Assembly (NCBI GenBank): GCA_038217285.1
Contig: JBBQPO010000039.1
Span: 1 to 29,812, forward strand
Reading direction: 5' to 3'
Source: Chthonomonadales bacterium
GTDB lineage: Bacteria > Armatimonadota > Chthonomonadetes > Chthonomonadales > Chthonomonadaceae
Length of the DNA: 29,812 bases
Below the pieces are notes generated by a model. The model was not told the DNA's origin, searched no databases, and saw nothing but the letters and a program-made list of their open reading frames with translations. This document shows, piece by piece, positions 27,615 through 29,812 of the stretch (positions within the stretch are counted from its first letter, which is position 1; every line of letters begins with the position of its first letter). The position numbers and the translations under genes are program-made.

Positions 27615-27763
27615 GATGATCTCCTTCAATCCCGGTGCGTTACGGCCGCTCCGCTACGACGAGAAGCGAACGACCCTGCCTCCCTTAATTTCCGAATCGA
27701 AGGGCGGATTTCCTCCCGGTAAACCGAACACGCCAAACAAGCCACTAATCGAAACAAATGACG

Positions 27764-27788
27764 GGAACATTGCCTCGCCGCAGCCGTC
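27764..27788 (+). promoter_or_regulatory. ECF-sigma-type promoter upstream of small ORF
   Basis: GGAAC-N16-CGTC. Confidence 0.5.
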
Positions 27789-27827
27789 TGCCATTTAACT
27801 TTTCACGATGAAGGGAAGCACGATCTC

Positions 27828-28058
27828 ATGCATCTCAGAAGACTCGATTTTGCGCCCCTGATGCGCCGTCTGGAAGCCGCTCTTTCGGTCACGCTGCCGA
27901 CGGTCGCGTTGCGCGAAGGTTCGGACGAGATCGCGACTTCCCGCAACGGCTATCCCGACGCCGATGTCTCCAGTCTTTCCATCGCCCTCTATCAGATGGG
28001 CCTCTGCAAGCATCTGCCGGACGCTTCCACAGCGTCGCCTTTACCGCCCATCGCCTGA
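27828..28058 (+). CDS. Small hypothetical protein (76 aa)
   Basis: ATG start, purine-rich RBS-like GAAGGGAAG, upstream ECF-like promoter, fills an otherwise empty gap; no recognisable domain. Confidence 0.5.
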   Translation: MHLRRLDFAPLMRRLEAALSVTLPTVALREGSDEIATSRNGYPDADVSSLSIALYQMGLCKHLPDASTASPLPPIA

Positions 28059-28063
28059 CGTTC

Positions 28064-28093
28064 TTGACAGCCTTCCTACCGGTCTGCTATACT
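28064..28093 (+). promoter_or_regulatory. sigma70-type promoter of the polysaccharide locus
   Basis: TTGACA-N18-TATACT with extended TG. Confidence 0.75.
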
Positions 28094-28240
28094 CTCCGCA
28101 ATCCCAAGACTTGTTTCCAAACGATCTTAAGGATCGCGGAGTTTCGGTTTCCCCGACCCCGTCAAGTCCATCTCATTTCGACAGTGAACACCGGCCGCCC
28201 GGCCATTGCGACGATGTCGTCACACTGTCTACAGGCAACG

Positions 28241-29656
28241 ATGACCACAGGCAATGCGACCGAACAACTTCCCGGTAACACCACCGCTCAGAACACCCGT
28301 CACCTTCTCCGCTCCATCTATCGCAAGCGGCTCCCGGCATGGATCATTCTCGCTATCCTCGTCGTCGTCGGCTGCCTGCTGATCGGCCTCTTCTTCTACC
28401 CGCAGACCTTCGGCTCCATGGCCTCCATTTCGCTGTCGCAGCCGTCCAGTGGCTCCCCACAGCTCGCGCTCCTCACGGGAGGAAGCAGCGGAAAAGCGAA
28501 ATATCTCGGACCACTGAAGAGTCGGCGCTTCGCCGAACAGGTGGAGAAGACAGCCCACCTCCAGGAGTTGTATCAGTTGCCGACCTTAGAGGACGCTGTC
28601 GAACGGCTGCAGCGGGGCGTACGCTTCGACGACAATACCGCCGATGGTCTGCTCTACATCACGGCCTCCCTCGAAGCGCCTGCGAAATTGGCGCCGAACA
28701 GCACCGCCATGCGCACCCGTGTCCGTAACGCCACCGCGACTGTCTGCAACGCCTATGCGCTGGCCCTGAAGACCTATATCATCTACAACGATACCGATAA
28801 GGATGCGCAGCTCCTCAAAGCGGCGGATGCGCAGATGAAACAGGCCCGGGCCAACTACGACTCGTCCATCGAGAAATGGATCGCTTATGTGCGCGAAAGC
28901 AGATCGCCTGCGATGGGAATGGGATCGGGCGCCCAGTCCCCGGAACTCGCGGCTCTGCAGGCGCTGTTCATCAAGCGCGGTCAACTGGAAGTAGACGTCC
29001 GATCTTCGGATGCTTCTATTGCGGCGACGGAGCGGCGGGTCGGAGCCGCCACCCCGCAGATCGTCCACATCCCCACGGAAGACCTCCTCTTGACGGAGGC
29101 GCGCAGGCGTTACACCGAGGCGCAGCGGGATGTGCAGGATCTCCTGATTCAATATGCGGATCAGGCTCCTCCGGTACTTCGTGCGAAAGAGCGGCTCCGA
29201 ATCGCTTCGGCCCATCTGCATGGCCAGGCCGAGGCAATTTTACATGGCAACACCTCCGAAAATACCAAACGCCAGGCACTCCAGGTCGAATACGAAACCG
29301 TCGTCGCGCAGATCGCCCAGTTCGAACGTACTATTCAGGTCAGCAAACAGGCGGCGACCGGTTTTGAGCGGCTACACGCCGAAGTCGAACTGAATTTGAA
29401 AGTTCTGGAAGCGACCGCTACCCATCAAGCCGAACTAAAGATGCAGACGGCATCGCCCAGCAGTCGTTATAACGTCGTCGATGAAGCGCGCCCGCCTACC
29501 AAAAGCCGTCCCGGTATGCTGATGACTTCGCTCGTCAGCGTTCTGCTGGCCATGGCAGCGGTCCTGACGTGGTACGGCGTCGAATATTTCGTGCGCTCCT
29601 CGCGAATGGCAGGTGCCGTCGAACCCGTTGCGGGCAGCAGATCGGGTGAGGTTTAG
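28241..29656 (+). CDS. Polysaccharide co-polymerase / chain-length determinant (Wzz/GumC-like, no kinase domain)
   Basis: N-terminal TM, long coiled-coil region, proline-rich VVDEARPPTKSRP before a C-terminal TM; followed by rfbF. Start uncertain (28214 or 28241). Confidence 0.75.
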   Translation: MTTGNATEQLPGNTTAQNTRHLLRSIYRKRLPAWIILAILVVVGCLLIGLFFYPQTFGSMASISLSQPSSGSPQLALLTGGSSGKAKYLGPLKSRRFAEQVEKTAHLQELYQLPTLEDAVERLQRGVRFDDNTADGLLYITASLEAPAKLAPNSTAMRTRVRNATATVCNAYALALKTYIIYNDTDKDAQLLKAADAQMKQARANYDSSIEKWIAYVRESRSPAMGMGSGAQSPELAALQALFIKRGQLEVDVRSSDASIAATERRVGAATPQIVHIPTEDLLLTEARRRYTEAQRDVQDLLIQYADQAPPVLRAKERLRIASAHLHGQAEAILHGNTSENTKRQALQVEYETVVAQIAQFERTIQVSKQAATGFERLHAEVELNLKVLEATATHQAELKMQTASPSSRYNVVDEARPPTKSRPGMLMTSLVSVLLAMAAVLTWYGVEYFVRSSRMAGAVEPVAGSRSGEV

Positions 29657-29659
29657 GCC

Positions 29660-29812
29660 GTGAAAGTCGTCATTCTGGCCGGGGGACTGGGCAGCCGTCT
29701 GAGTGAAGAGACCACGGTGCGCCCGAAGCCGATGGTCGAACTCGGCGGCAAACCCGTTCTCTGGCACATCATGAAGATCTATACGCACTATGGTCTGACG
29801 GACTTCGTGATC
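29660..29812 (+). CDS. rfbF: Glucose-1-phosphate cytidylyltransferase (5' part only; runs off the window)
   Basis: Translates [58 protein letters not shown]; absent from the supplied ORF track. Confidence 0.88.
   Translation, partial: MKVVILAGGLGSRLSEETTVRPKPMVELGGKPVLWHIMKIYTHYGLTDFVI

Noticed and set aside
28064..28240. N-terminal extension of the Wzz-like ORF from TTG 28064
   Set aside because: The TTG is part of the TTGACA -35 box, so the region is better read as promoter and leader

Overview
A GC-rich bacterial chromosomal segment of mostly housekeeping genes. The lineage is probably Terrabacteria; Armatimonadota is my guess from gene content and synteny, not verified. In order: purH with a ZMP/ZTP riboswitch; a Gfo/Idh/MocA oxidoreductase; aspS; a secreted caspase/legumain-like (clan CD) protease; a minus-strand cluster amidase-GerMN-murI-GH15-rph-rdgB-YihY; an SDR; an orphan GAF histidine kinase; kynU-kynB; a Cof HAD with PPK2; a GT4; glyA; a cyclophilin; nagA; a small secreted protein; a TIM-barrel sugar isomerase; and the start of a polysaccharide locus (Wzz/GumC-like, rfbF). 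I saw no rRNA, tRNA, CRISPR array, transposase or phage genes. The most interesting signals are non-coding. (1) An ECF-sigma-type motif GGAAC-N16/17-CGTC occurs five times in intergenic DNA, three of them in one 425-bp gap, where one copy plus a terminator defines a candidate ~83-nt sRNA. (2) A cloverleaf-like leader with a GUC-containing loop precedes aspS. (3) Four sigma70-type promoters all have 18-bp spacers. (4) A nested 34-bp perfect palindrome lies before rph. All regulatory calls were made by eye and need computational or experimental confirmation.
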